A stretch of DNA of 64,000 nucleotides from the human T2T-CHM13v2.0 reference genome, Homo sapiens: assembly GCF_009914755.1 (NCBI RefSeq), contig NC_060940.1; one strand, given 5' to 3'. Shown here in pieces: positions 14,833 to 29,749 of this stretch; positions within the stretch are counted from its first letter, which is position 1, and each line of letters opens with the position of its first letter. Under the pieces are notes generated by a model. The model saw only the letters and a program-made list of their open reading frames with translations, ran no database searches and was not told where the DNA came from. Position numbers and translations under genes: made by a program.

Positions 14833-15518
14833 GACTTCAACTGTAGAAAAAGCCTTAAGGAAGCAGAGTTTTCTCTACTCTGATAAAGACCACCAGTATG
14901 AACATCCATATCCTCCCTTTTCCCTTGCCTATCAGGGAGCTCAGAACGTGAGGTTATAGTTGTAACTACAGCTTAACAGCTATAACTACTGTTATCTGGA
15001 TAGTTGGTATGTTGTTCCTTTTTAGTGAACAACACTGATTGATTTTCTTATTCTATTTCTATACTTTCTATATACATTTTTTTTTTTGCTGTATACTACT
15101 TAAAAGTTTTTAGAAAGAGGTTATATATTATAACAACAAATTTGTTTTTCCTGCCAAGAATCATGGTGCACAAATAAGAATTCAATTTCTTAGGCAGCCC
15201 TCATTTTGAAAGACTACTACAACTTTTACTATTAGTGTTACGACTGTTATTCATAGTAAACAATGTCATCTGTCATCAGGACCAAGATATTATTGTTTTG
15301 GTTATCTTACCATATGCTCCTAGAGGAAATTGCACCTGTGTTCTTTATGCATACATTATTGAGCAATATTTTTAAAAGTTCATGTCCTTGAAAACACTTT
15401 TATAAACATCTGAAGAAGTTCCTGGTATATCCACCCTCACCAAATCATAAGGTTGATAGAGACCTCTTTACTTGCAAATCACTGGAGATATATGAGAGGC
15501 AGCACAATGTAGTTCTTA

Positions 15519-15891
<373 letters not shown>

Positions 15892-16276
15892 TCACGGTGT
15901 GAATAGTTAGGTTTTATTGTTTTATTGGTTTATCCCTAATGCGTCAGGGATATATAAATAATGCATCAGTATATGTAAACTGTTGACTTTTGCTTTTTTA
16001 AGGAAAAACCACTAGTTGAATTTTTCCACTGATCAGTTTTTAAAATAGTGTTGTTTGTTTCTCTGTAATCCTTCAAACTGATAAATGAGTTTTGTTTTTC
16101 AGAATTATCATGAATCTGTGAATTGAAACACCTATGTGTTTCAGGCTATTGAATGTACTGACTCAATGCTTAAATTACCCTAACTTCTGCTAGTAGTACC
16201 ATATGCAATTTGACTCCACATGTACCTATTTTCTTTGAAAGTGTCTGTGCTCTGATCTCCATCATTTTGTGTATTT

Positions 16277-16670
<394 letters not shown>

Positions 16671-17264
16671 TAGGCCTTAAGAGATGCTTCTGGCTATGGG
16701 GTTGGTCAGTGTTTCCAGGTCTTTTCAGCAGGCATAGGTAGAATGTCTGTTTTATTTATTTTTTTTTAGGATAAAATACATCACAAATTCATACTGATAT
16801 TTTCTATTCTATTTCAGGAGTACGGGATTGTTCTTTAACTACATTGATCTTACATCTTCCTTCTCCCAACTTGGAAACCTGGTTTTCGATGATATCAGCA
16901 TAAATACCCATTTTCTTGATCCTATAATAGCAATATACACAATAATGTTAATATGGCAATAGCTACACTCCTACTTATAATATGATTACTAAAACAAACA
17001 AACAAAAAATGAGGTTTTGTTTTGTAGTGTTTGTGCCTTAAGGTATATTCTACTACATACATGTTGTAAAGGTCTTGTTTTATTGACCCCTGGGAGACTT
17101 TCTCACTATTGCTGAAAATAAGATATATGGCTATCTGTTCATTTGTTGAATTTTACTTCTGATTTTTAAAGGAGTGTTTCGTTATGAAATTGTTTTATGA
17201 TTCCATAAAATATTTATGTTTTCACAGTCAGATCTATAAAACAAGGTATATTCAAAGTAGTCTA

Positions 17265-17710
<446 letters not shown>

Positions 17711-18244
17711 AGAAAGAAATAGTATCATTATATTTCCCTCCTTACGGCTCCTTGCTTCTTTTCATTTTACTGTATTTTCCGGATATCATTTTACAGTAAT
17801 TTATAGATTTATTCTGAATTATTTTATCCTGTTTCATGATACTGTGGATACTGTGATGTGTAGTTGTACAGTATTTTATTGAAAGTGTCCTCTATTGAAG
17901 AAAATTTGTTTTACCTCAGTCTTTTGCTATCACAAATAGTGCTGAAGTAAATGGTCTTGTGCATATCTTTTAAATATTTTTTCTAAGTATCTTCCAGTAA
18001 ATTCCTGGAAATGGGATTTCTAGATCAAAGAGTAAATACACATTTTATTTTGCTAGATATCACCAGATTCTCCTCCACAGGAGCTTGTTTCATTTTGCAT
18101 TTCCACTGTCAATGCACAAGACTTCAGCTGGGCTTTTGACCACAGATATTCACAGGTCAAGTCTTCGGTGAATATCTGAAGGGTAGATGAACTATGCATT
18201 GCCTGAAAGAAAATGCATGTCACGTGTGAACTTCAAAAACACAG

Positions 18245-18530
18245 ATCCTTCAAGACTCAGTTCCAGTTGTATCATCTCCTAGATTTAATATTTATGATAG
18301 CTATCCTCCTCCCTCTATTTCCAGCTATAGTCTGGGTAGTTTGTTTGCTTTTACATTTCAGTAATAACCTGCATTTAGCTCTTTCATAGCTCTTGTGATA
18401 CTTTGCCATTGTTATGTATCATATTGTAGATCAGGAGTCATTGATGCTGTGGACCATGAATGCTGATTTCTACAACATCAGTGCCTAACACTGTGTCTTG
18501 CACATCATAGGAAATTAATACATGATTGGC
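18245..18530 (+). mobile_element. L2 3' end
   Basis: ccttcaagactcagttc...cagtgcctaacactgtgtcttgcacatcatagg. Confidence 0.65.
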
Positions 18531-19459
18531 TAATTTTTTACATTGGCCTTTCGAGGTTTCTTTTAGGTCCTTAGGTCATATTTGTACATCTTTTATAAAT
18601 ATGTATCAAGGAAGTTATATTATTTTACTCCTAGAAGTGACTACACTCAGTGTAGAATCTGGCACAATTCCCACCTTGTGGTTCTAGGCCTCCAGCCAGA
18701 AGCTATATATGTTAAATTATGAATATTTTTCTAAAGGGGATTTCAAATTCCTGATAGATTGAAAAGACTTAACACCATTTGTTGGTCAGAAGCAAGATTC
18801 TTTTTGTTGTTGTTGTTAATATGCCACAACGAGTTGAAATGAACTGTGTACAATCCTCAGGAGGCTTAATTCCAACAACCTCCCTATGCTTTTCACCTTC
18901 AGTAAAAGCATGGCCTAGTTACTCAAGAAGAGACACCACAAGCATTACCCAGTAATCTCCCAAGGCACTGTGGATTTATTGTAACAGATGGTTCACACAC
19001 TAGACCCTTCCTAAAATTATATGACTTGGTATATGTGTGGGAGTCATTAAGTGATTCAGTTGCTGAATCATGGAACAATTACAGCAAACCAATACACTGC
19101 TCCTGTCCTGTTCTTTAACATAAATATGCAGGTATAACACTTGCAACTGCTGCAGACAGAGCTGCTGAAGAGATAGTTACAGTAGCTGCCATCTGTTAAT
19201 TTCCAACATGGAATACTTAATGTGGTGTAGCAGTTTACTACTTTCTCATATTATCTGATTTGATAGTGATCAACTAAATCAAGCAAATGTTGCACTTTGA
19301 GGAATTTTTGTTTTCTTTAAATCCAAGAGTACATGGGATGGTATGTTGCATAAGATCATATTATTCTTGTAATACAGCATAAATAAAATAAAACACACAT
19401 ATGAAAGAAGCAACAGAAAATCATAAAAAGGAACCACTGCAAAGCCAAGACCTGCCTTG

Positions 19460-19692
19460 CAGCACAGGGCAATAGAACAGGTCAGACTTCGGATTAAACA
19501 GACTTGGTTTGGAGTTGTGCGAACTGTGGCAGGTTAATAAGTTTCTCTGTCTCAGTTTCCTTATTTTTGAAAGTAGTGATATTAATTCATGACATATAGG
19601 ATCATTCTAAAGATGAAACGTAATTATGTATATAAAGTATTAACTATAATGCTTGGTCATATTGATAGTAGACAGAATAAATGGGAGCTATC
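19460..19692 (+). mobile_element. MIR
   Basis: tctctgtctcagtttccttattttt...aataaatgggagctat. Confidence 0.65.
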
Positions 19693-21371
19693 AGTTATAC
19701 AGCAAGGTATTTAATATTTGAAAACCTTTCTTATGATAGCACTTTTTATTTCTTTGGGATATTTTATATCTATCTATCCATCTAAAATAGCATTATTATC
19801 TGGCCTTAGAAATATTCCACTACACATTAGCCTAAAAATTAATTATACATATATACACACAATATATACACAACTATAGCTATATCTGTATACATACTCA
19901 TACACACATACCCATGTATGTGTGTGAATGCTCTTTTCCAGTGGTTCTCTCCCATGGTTTAAGTTCAAAGGTTTGACTCTCTAGTGTTAAAACTTTTACT
20001 GTATTCTCTCTTTCCCATTTGGACATGTTTTGTTCTTGCAGATTTCTCCCCTATCAATTGAGTGCTATTTTTCTAAACATTGTAGGCAATATCTATTCAC
20101 CAAACTACTGTTATCTGCATTCTATCTTTCAACGTTAAAACCTGAGTTAAACATTCAGTACCTGATCATATACTTGAAAATATGCTGACCCCGTCACTAT
20201 TTAGTTTTCAGAGATAGCTTCAAACCTCATAATGACAGAGGCACCTGCAGAACTCTACATAGACTGTGGGTTGGGAGAAGATAGTCTTGACTGATTCTTT
20301 ACTCTTTCAGAGCCTGCTTCCTGTTGGTAATAGATGGCAAATGATATGATGTTCTCAGGATTTTCATGGGACTTAAATGAGCTAATATGTTAATCTAGAT
20401 AACTTTGGCATGTCACATTTCCCCATGACAGGCACTACCACTGTTTTACTGGTACCTGGCCCTCCTCCACTCCCTTGCTCACTAAAGGATTGTACTTAAC
20501 CCTGTATTGGCCAGCTTGGGCTGCTATAATACAATAGCATAGACTAAGACCACAGTGGTAATGCTTTTACCAGTACAGTTTCAGTTTCTTTGAATATTTT
20601 TAAAAGGCAAAACTTAATGTAACAAAACACTCAAAAATTATAGTTTCTATGCATTTAATGCTATTTTTTCAGATAGCAAATGAGGGTGGTTGTCTGGAAC
20701 ATGACTAGGATTGGTATGAACAAAGTATAGCTCAGAAGAGTGTGGAAGGACTTAAATTCTTATCTCACCAATGTTATGAATTTGCTGGGAGATTTACAAG
20801 AACATTTCAGTACTTGATTTTCTCATCTTTCAAAAGGATATATGAGTGACAGCTCATCCTGTGTCAGGGGCCTGTTGTGAAGGCCAGATAAAGGCAAAAA
20901 AAGTTTAAAAATGTTACATATTATTCTTAAATTTCTCCATCAGTAGATTTGTTTTTATTATTATTTATGCTTTCACAATTACTAGGGGTCATCAATTTCA
21001 TTTAAATAGCAAATATAATCTCAGTGGTATTGTATACTGCTTCCTACTGCTTCATAATGAAGGAGCTGTATACTAATTTGCAAAACTAATACATGGAAAT
21101 TTCAATTTTGTGAAAAAATGTACTTCGTTGATAATAACAATTAAAATACAATCAAGAAAAAAATAGTTCATCTCGGCACACCTGTGAAAAATATGACTTA
21201 ATTGAAGAATAAATGTATTACTATTTGGAAAATGAATTAACAAAACTTAGTTTTCATGATTAGAAATTACTTTTACTTATTGCCTGTTTATATAAATTTC
21301 TAAGTTGTCAAAACTTCAGGAGCTTCATTCCAGCAGGCTTGTTTTTATTATCTGAATACTTTATAAAAGCT

Positions 21372-21373
<2 letters not shown>

Positions 21374-21407
<34 letters not shown>
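21374..21407. repeat. (TG)n microsatellite
   Basis: Direct reading. Confidence 0.97.
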
Positions 21408-21408
<1 letters not shown>

Positions 21409-22796
21409 CAAGACAAGTAAAAAACACCCTGCTTCTTATCCATTACAATGATTTTTCCTCTGACACCCAAATACTAATTTAATCCTAGATTTAAACCAAA
21501 TAATAGAAGAAACAATCATAGTAAATGTGTACATGATCCTTTACCATTTGTAATGAGTTCTCAACATTATGCCTCATTTGCCCATCACAACTGTCTTAGG
21601 AGGTTAGTCATGTTATTTACACAAAATCTACAGGAAAGTAAGACAGTAAGTTTGAGAATAGAGTCTCATCCAAATTCAGTACTATTATTTTTTGTTTCCC
21701 AAATACAAAGTCCCATAAACTTAAGAGAATTTTATGTTTAAATCCTCGAGTCTTCGTCTTTCATCTATACATTTTTTTTTCTTCCAGGTTTGCACCTCAG
21801 CTTGGTTTTTAAAAAGGAGAATATTTTCTTATTATTCTCAAAAAGGACTGTATTTCTTGGGAGAAAGAAAGCCTGTCCTGCTGTGTTTGTGTCTGTCTAG
21901 AATTCTCACTGATGGCCATTTATAACTGATCAGAGACCTGAGATTTTATTTTTTCTGGTTACACCTTAGTGACTGCTGTTTTATAGCTTATTTGCCTAAC
22001 ATTTTCAAAATCTGTTTATATGCAAAATCATCAAATATAGTCGCCTTCTGAATGAATTACACTTTTGACTTTGTTTTGGTCAGTTTGCAAATGCCTTTCT
22101 AGAACTATAATCTTCTCTGTGTAATTTATGTCAGAAAAGATTATATCTTATTTTGCATGTTAAGATTTCTTTAAAATTATTTATTATTCATGTTACATTT
22201 TAAACTGGTGCTGGTCTATGCAGACTTTAAATGTGTTTGTCATATACCATTAGTCACTGTGTGAAATCTCTCAGTAATAGTTAGCCCTTGAATTTTCTGC
22301 AGCTAAGGAGAATTTAACACTGATTGATAGCAGATCACTTAGCTGGTTGGCAGACTTTCCAATTTACGGTGGGGAAATTGCTCTTTTCTTTTTGTTCATT
22401 CCTTCTGCTGCTTGTGCTGAGCAATAAGACATATGTGTCAGACTTCATGCAAGAAGCAGCAATGGATTGGCAATATGGCTTGTCTTGTTTACCATTATGA
22501 TTTTATCAGTTTCCCAAACTGTACAGGGAATGTCAAATATCTTCGATGACATTCTTCCATTATCACAGGCAGCTTATTTATGTTTCTTTTATACTCTGCC
22601 TCCCTATATGCACTGCACAGCCTACCATCTCTTGCATGATAAACTTGCCCTGAGCCGGGAAGAAAGAGAAGTTTGTGTTGTGCTCAGATGTCCCAGGTAT
22701 TTTGCTTCTGGGCTGCAGACTGACTCTACTATCAATTTTACCTTTTTCCCCTCCACACATGCTGAGGAGAAATAGCTCTCCATCATGTTGCCTTAC

Positions 22797-23755
22797 CTAT
22801 ATTAGTTAGGTAAGGTAATTAGTGGCCTCAAGTAACACAAAATTCAACCTAGAGTAGCTTAAACAAATGGTGGATTATTTCACTTTCATAATGAGAAATG
22901 TCAAAGCAGATGGAATCTGTTACTAGTTCAGCTGTTCACAGATGTTTTTAATGATATGAGCTTTTCTTGTTTTTGCATGCCTCCATGTTTACACAATGAA
23001 AACCAGCCAATGTTATAAATGGTGGTCTTTTGATTTCCTGGGGAGTGTTCCTTTAGAACACTGGCCTTATTCTTCATGAGTGTAGAATGGCCATGGCACC
23101 CTTACATGCTAGAAAGAGAGGAAAAAAGATTAAAAGGCAAAGGTGTTTACCTAATAAGGTTTTGTCTATATATAATTGACCCTTGAACATAGGTTTGAAC
23201 TGTACAAGTCCACTTATACATACATTTTTTTCTGCCTCTGTCCCCCGATACAGCAAGACCAACCCCTCCTCTTCCTCTCCTTCCTCAGCATACTCAACAT
23301 GAAGATGATAAGAATGAAAACCTTCATAAGGATTCACTTCCACTTAATGAATACTAAATATATTTTTTCTTCCTTATGCTTTTCTTAATAACATTTTCTT
23401 TTCTCTAGCTTCCTTTATTGTGAGATGACAGTATATAATACATATAACATACAAACTACATGTTAGTTGACTGTTTATGTTACCACTTCTGGTCAACAGT
23501 AGGCTATCAGTAGTTAAGTTTTGGGGGAGTTAAAAGTTATGCACAGATTTTTGACTGTGCAGGAATTGGGGCCCATGACCCCTGTGTTGCTCAACGGTCA
23601 ATTATATTCAGGTCGGGAGTGGAAAACCCTCCTAAGAAGACTTCCTTAAATGCCTCATTAGCCAGGAAAACAATACATTGCCATACTTGGACCAATCAAT
23701 ATCCAAGAAGAACGAGGTTGCCATAATGTCTGTTTTGGAGGAATCGACTGGCTTT
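22797..23755 (-). mobile_element. Old MLT1J/K-type LTR, interrupted by Tigger2a and a templated insert
   Basis: tattagttagg...caagtaacacaaaattcaacctagagtagcttaaacaaa; resumes agacttccttaaatgcctcattagccagg after the Tigger. Confidence 0.6.
23173..23604 (+). mobile_element. Tigger2a (MER28) DNA transposon
   Basis: TIR-like ends taattgacccttgaac and gctcaacggtcaatta; TA flanks; internal cagcaagaccaacccctcctcttcctc. Confidence 0.9.
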
Positions 23756-24174
23756 GCTGTAGTTGTTTTATTTGTACATTGAAGTCTTCCAAATCCATAT
23801 TTTAAGAAATAACTCTTCTTAATTTCTGCCTTCATTTGATGTAGCCTATTAAGCATCTCAAATTTAACATGCTGTAAAACTGAGTTTTTCCTTTCTCCCT
23901 CCATAAACCCACTTACCGCAACTGGCATAGGTCAATATATGGAAATATATGGAAATTTCAACTTTGTCACAGAATATAAAACTCTTATTGATAAGAGCGA
24001 CTAAAATTCAATCAAAGGAATGTGGTTCATCATGGCATACCTATGTGCTTCAGGCCTGGAATTTCACCTTATATTTCAGGACTATTCCTTAAACAGTCTT
24101 TATGTTACGGTTCAAACTTTTTCTTGTTGTTAATGCAGAACAAATAATAGTAATGTAATGATAAAAATACACAG

Positions 24175-24380
24175 CCATAAATACCACTTACTAAATACTT
24201 TCTATATTACAGGCATTGTGTTCTACCCCTTCATACATTATAACATTTTGTCCTCCCAAGACAATATGAGCTGGGTATTAGCATCCCCATTTTCCAGGCA
24301 TGGAAACAGGCACTGTTACTATTAAGTAATTCACAGCATAGACAGTCTTTCTGCAAAACACACTTCTTAACTATCTTGCA
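24175..24380 (-). mobile_element. MIR
   Basis: ggtattagcatccccattttccaggcatggaaacaggca. Confidence 0.6.
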
Positions 24381-25124
24381 ATGTCCTCTCCTTCCCAGGA
24401 CTAAATTATTCAAAAGGGTGGCTGTCACTGAATGGCTTTCTGATCTCATTCAGGTAGGGTGGGTACTGGACACACAGGGATACAGCTCTAAATTGATGCT
24501 TTTTGACCCTCTTCTTGCCCTTCACCCACAGAGCTAATCCTTAGGTTCAGTAATTTTCCTTTTGCTCTCTGTGTGTTTTCAGGGCATGGGAGCATTTACT
24601 GCAAAGAGTAGATTCAGGAGCATTTCCACAAAACCTAAAGCTTAAGCCCTATAAAGGATGCCTCTGTGCAGCACAAGTCAATGTCCCTAGGATAAAATTA
24701 TAGACTATTTCTACTGCTGTAATTGGAGCATGGGACAGTCTTCTCTACCCCCTGCCCTTTCAAACTTACCCCCATGCAGTTTCAGGGTCCTGCTGGAAGC
24801 TCCAAAAGGAGCTTTGATTGCATTAGCTTCAAAGGATGTGCAAAGTCATTGGTGAGATCCCACTCTAGTAAGAACCCCAAACTGACCTGTTGGCCTAACA
24901 ACTGCCATGCTGTTTGCTTCACCAACACTTTCAGATGACTGAGGTCTCTGGTTGGGCAAGACACTCACCATTCTTCTTCATTTTTAAATACAAGCAGGGG
25001 GTAAAAATTGTGTGAATGAGATTCAATTAATTGCCCTTTTCTCCAGTCCTCACCAATGGAGGCTTTTTAAAGTTGACTTAGCATTGCATTCAAAAGGCCT
25101 ATGAAATGTGGTTTTTATTAAAAA

Positions 25125-25250
25125 GTTATCCATTTAACAAATATTTAATGAGCACTAAGTACACATCCAGCACTCATCTTAGCACCAGGGATAAAATATG
25201 GAATTAAACCGACAAAAATCAGTGTCCTCATGGATCATATATTCTCCATC
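25125..25250 (-). mobile_element. L2 3' terminus
   Basis: atccatttaacaaatatttaatgagcact...gtgtcctcatggatcatatattc. Confidence 0.75.
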
Positions 25251-25356
25251 CAAATCGTCTTATTGAAATAATTGCTTCATAATGAACAGATTAACTGCTA
25301 CCTTTTCTGTAAGATCTTCTTACAACTTTACCTATCTCACCTCAAAATGTCCCATT

Positions 25357-25776
25357 TAATGGTGGGCTGAAGCCAGTTGATATCAGCATTCAAGAGAGCC
25401 AGTTTTTTAAATTTTCAGGAATTTTGCAAACCAATTGTTAAACATGGCCATTGTTTTAAAAATAATTATATATGAATTTACAGTTAATTAACTTATATTA
25501 GAAACCAAATTAATACATAATAAAAATCATTATTTCCTGATTATTTTACTACATTGCTGTAATCTATGCTCTGGGTTTTACTTATGTATATTGTATGAGA
25601 ATGGTGGAATTATTGTACAATAATGTGTTACTGCCTCCCACCTCCATGTTCAGTGACATGATGTTGAAATGAGACATAGCGAGAGATTTACATAATGAAA
25701 ACCAGCCAATGTTACAAATGGTGGTCTTTCGATTTCCTGGGGAGCCAGCTATTAAATATTTGCCAGCACAACACTA
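25357..25776 (+). mobile_element. MER63 (hAT-Blackjack) non-autonomous element
   Basis: TIR-like ends taatggtgggctg and ccagcacaacacta; internal aaattttcaggaattttgc; 8-bp TSD GTCCCAT[T/C]. Confidence 0.85.
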
Positions 25777-25839
25777 GTCCCATCCTACTGTGATTCTTTT
25801 CTTTTATAAACTTTTACAGCATTTAATTTTGTTATAACA

Positions 25840-26275
25840 TATTCGTTAATTCTTTCCACCAACATTTGCTCAGCACGTATGGAATGTTAGGCACTGAATA
25901 AGACGCTGAGGAGTCAGAAAGAGGACGATATTGTCTTTGACCTCCAGTCATTTAGAAACTAAGATGAGTCAGAAAAATGCATAAATAATTATGCTATAGG
26001 GTAATGGATATTATAACAGTATAACCAGAGCTAAGACAATAGAAGTAATTAATGTTGGGTAAGTCAGAAGTTCTTGAGGTTTGAAAGAAGAGAAGGTGTC
26101 TGCCAGGCAGAAGTGGCAAGAAGGACATTCCACATAGAGGAAAACGTTTACAAAAGATCTGAGGCTTTGAACAGCTGGGTGAGTCTGCACAGTAATTGCT
26201 CAGTATGGCTGAAGGTTTTAGGGGAATGGTGGCAGACGAGGTGGAACAGGTATGCCAGCATTAGATCACAGAAGA
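25840..26275 (-). mobile_element. L2 3' region
   Basis: caacatttgctcagcacgtatggaatgttaggcactg...aaggacattccacatagagg. Confidence 0.65.
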
Positions 26276-26370
26276 TTATGTTTTCATCGTCTTTGCACCC
26301 GAAGAGCATGCATGTTGAATAAAGGTTATTCAATAAGTTTTCGCTCAATAAATATTAAGAAATTTGAAGT

Positions 26371-26867
26371 TGTAAGATCTCCCTGTTCCCCCATTGTTGT
26401 TGTTGTTGTTTTCCTGTGTCCTGACTGAAAATGACCAAGTGCTTTGACAACTGTCAGTCAGTCAGCTGCAGGTTTTCCCCAGCAGGATTGAACCCAAACT
26501 AGGTCTTGAATATTCCTAGGCACTAATAAAACAATCTAGGTTGTTGCCCAAAACACCGAAAGAAACTGGCCCTGGCCTTGAGACAAGTTCCTTAAACCCT
26601 CAGAAAGACTCCATATCCTGATCCCCTCTCTGGAGACATACCTAGGGAGAACACCCATTTTCTCTTCCATTGCGAGGATTGCTGCAGCACCTCTCTAAGG
26701 AAGTTCTCCTAATAAATGCTTTGGCTGGATCCTCCAGGCGTTGATTGCTTCTTTCTTTGGAATCACAACTGGTGCCTTCCCAGGATGGTTTGGGGCACTC
26801 CCTTGTGGGAAATCCGCTGCTGCTGCTTTTGGGGTGAATCCAACCATGGGTTTGGCAGGACAAAACT
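26371..26867 (+). mobile_element. MER67-type ERV1 solo LTR
   Basis: cagctgcaggttttccccagcaggattgaacccaaac...gttgttgcccaaaacaccgaaagaaactggccctgg; AATAAA near 26710. Confidence 0.8.
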
Positions 26868-27029
26868 GTTGCCTCTCCTGGCAAAGGGGAGCTACCAACT
26901 GTGCCTGGTATTTTAATTTTTTAATTTTTTTGCCGAGTACAGTATCTTAAACCTCTTTGGTATTCTGAGAATTTTCACTTTTTCTAAATTTCTTCCTATA
27001 ATGGAATTTAAAAAAAAAATAATACTTCA

Positions 27030-27545
<516 letters not shown>

Positions 27546-28879
27546 AGAAGAGAACAGAGTCCTCTGAAAGAGGGGGCCTTATACAGCACAGAATTCATTA
27601 AAGCAGAAATATGCTAGGTCCCCTTTAAAAGGCTGCATCACTGGTGGACCCGAGTCTGCACAGAATGTATTAACATATCTGAGGAAAGAGTATGGATACT
27701 CCAAGGCACTTTGGTCAGCAATGGAAGTTCTGGAGGAGAGTGAGTACAAAAGCTAGTTTGTATTGTCCAGTTCTATCTAGTTAAGTTCCAGCGAGGATGC
27801 AGGGAGAATGAACTCTTGTTCTACAAGCATTTGCAATGGTCAGAAAGCTACATTGCAATTGTCAAGGATATTGTATAAATAGAAGCATCAATCTATCAAG
27901 TTTTCCAAAGGAGAACTCTCTTTGCTCTGAGTCATGTTCACAATTCATCCTTCTGATTATCATGTGCCTAATCACACAGTCTATCCTCCCACAAGGAAAC
28001 ATCCGGCTCTATCAGAATTTAATTAAGCTCATACTAAGTGTCAAGAACTTTGTAGAAAGGAATTGTAATATTTGAGTTTAAGGACATTCCACTTCAACGG
28101 ACAATTAAACTTTTCATTGTGCATAAATAAATTGTCCTTTTGATTTTATTCATTGGTTATATGAATTTGAAGACTATGAACAGCCACTCCATTTCCCATT
28201 AAGGCATGCACGTACACAGAACTGTTTTCTTTGAGTTGACAAAAGCATTGTTGAGACTACAGGAACGAAGTGGGTCCTGTGCTGTGGTAATGAATGCAAT
28301 CCCAGTGAGGGCCATGGAAGGCTGGCAGCTGGCGTTTCCTGGTGACCCTCCCCAGCATCAAAGATCACCTTTCCAGAAGTTTTAGCATTTTCATGAGTTA
28401 CAGATCAAATAAAACGGAATAGTAAGTTAAGTAGAAAATACGTTGTATTCAGGACAGTCGCTAGCATTTCAAAATAAATCTATAATCTCCAGTGTTTTAT
28501 TTTGATTCTTCTTTGCTATTTGCTTGCTTCTTTTTCTGGAAAAATATTCAATAAATAAGTGGTACAATAAGATTCCATCTTATCAGTCACCTCTGTAGCT
28601 ACCTCTTAGAATGTTTTGTTCCTCAATATTCATTGACTCTTTCATACTATTCTTATTTCTGCTCAATGTTTTTCTCCTCCTATTTAACATGACATGTTTC
28701 ATCAGTCTTTATCCCCAGATTCGTGTCTTTTTCTTCATAATACTTGCACAATATAATGCCAGATATTGATAGCTATTTCTGTTTCTTCTCTCAGAAAGTA
28801 AGTTCTCTGGTGACAGAACCTTTGTCTTATTTTCTTTACTGTCTCCAACCCCACTATTGTTGTAATTTTTTGGGAACTA

Positions 28880-29749
28880 TAGGTTGAATATCCCTTATTG
28901 GAAATGCTTGAGACCAGAAGTGTTTCAGATTTCATTTTTTTTTCAAAATTTTGGAACATTTGCACATAACATAATGAGATATCTTGGGGATGGGATCCAT
29001 GTCTAAACACAAATTTCATTTATGTTTTACATACACCTTATAGACACAGGCTGAAGGTAATTTTTACAATATTTTAAATAATTTTGTGCATGAAACAAAG
29101 TTTATGTACATTAAACCAGCAGTCTCCAACCTTTTTGGCACAGGGACCGGTGGCAAATTTTTCTATGGCCGGTGAAGGGTGGGGATGGTTTCAGGATGAA
29201 ACTGTTCCACCTCAGATCATCAGGCATTAGTTAAGAGCCTCAGAAGGAGCACGCAACCTAGATCCCTCACCTGTGCAGTTCACGATAGGGTCCGGGCACC
29301 TATGAGAATCTAATGCCTCCGCTGATCTGACATGAGGTGGAGCTCAGGTGATAATCCTTGCTCTCCCTGCTGCTCACCTCCTGGTGTGCCGCCGGGCTCC
29401 TAACAGGCCGCGAACTGGCACTGGTCCTGGGCCCGAGGGTTGGGAACCCCTGCATTAAATCATCAGGAGGCAAAGGTGTCACTACCTCAACCATCCATTT
29501 GGCCAATCTGTGATTGTGTGGCATCACCATCATGCTGTGCATGGAAAAGATATATCACAGCTGAACTGGGCTAGGAGGGCCTTTTATCCCTTGGGGACGC
29601 TGAATAATTGCACTTGCAATTTGATCCAGAAACTTCACATGAGTTCAGGTATAAAATTTTCCACTGTGGTGTCATGACAGCACTCAAAAAGTTCTGGATT
29701 TTAGATCATTTGGAATTTCAGACTTTTCAGATTAGGGATGCCCAAACTG
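28880..29749. mobile_element. Tigger4/MER46 (Zombi) derivative
   Basis: TIRs taggttgaatatccct and agggatgcccaaactg; TA TSD. Confidence 0.88.
29117..29452. mobile_element. MER1B (hAT-Charlie) nested in Tigger4
   Basis: cagcagtctccaacc...ggttgggaacccctg; 8-bp TSD CATTAAA[C/T]. Confidence 0.92.

Noticed and set aside
22467-22775. 102-aa ORF with a signal-peptide-like N-terminus
   Set aside because: Starts at TTG, not ATG; no recognisable homology or supporting gene structure; hydrophobicity is expected from T-rich DNA.
24555-24590. Strong isolated splice acceptors (also near 5205, 21787, 30054, 57408)
   Set aside because: No convincing paired donor or open exon frame; such motifs are common in T-rich DNA.
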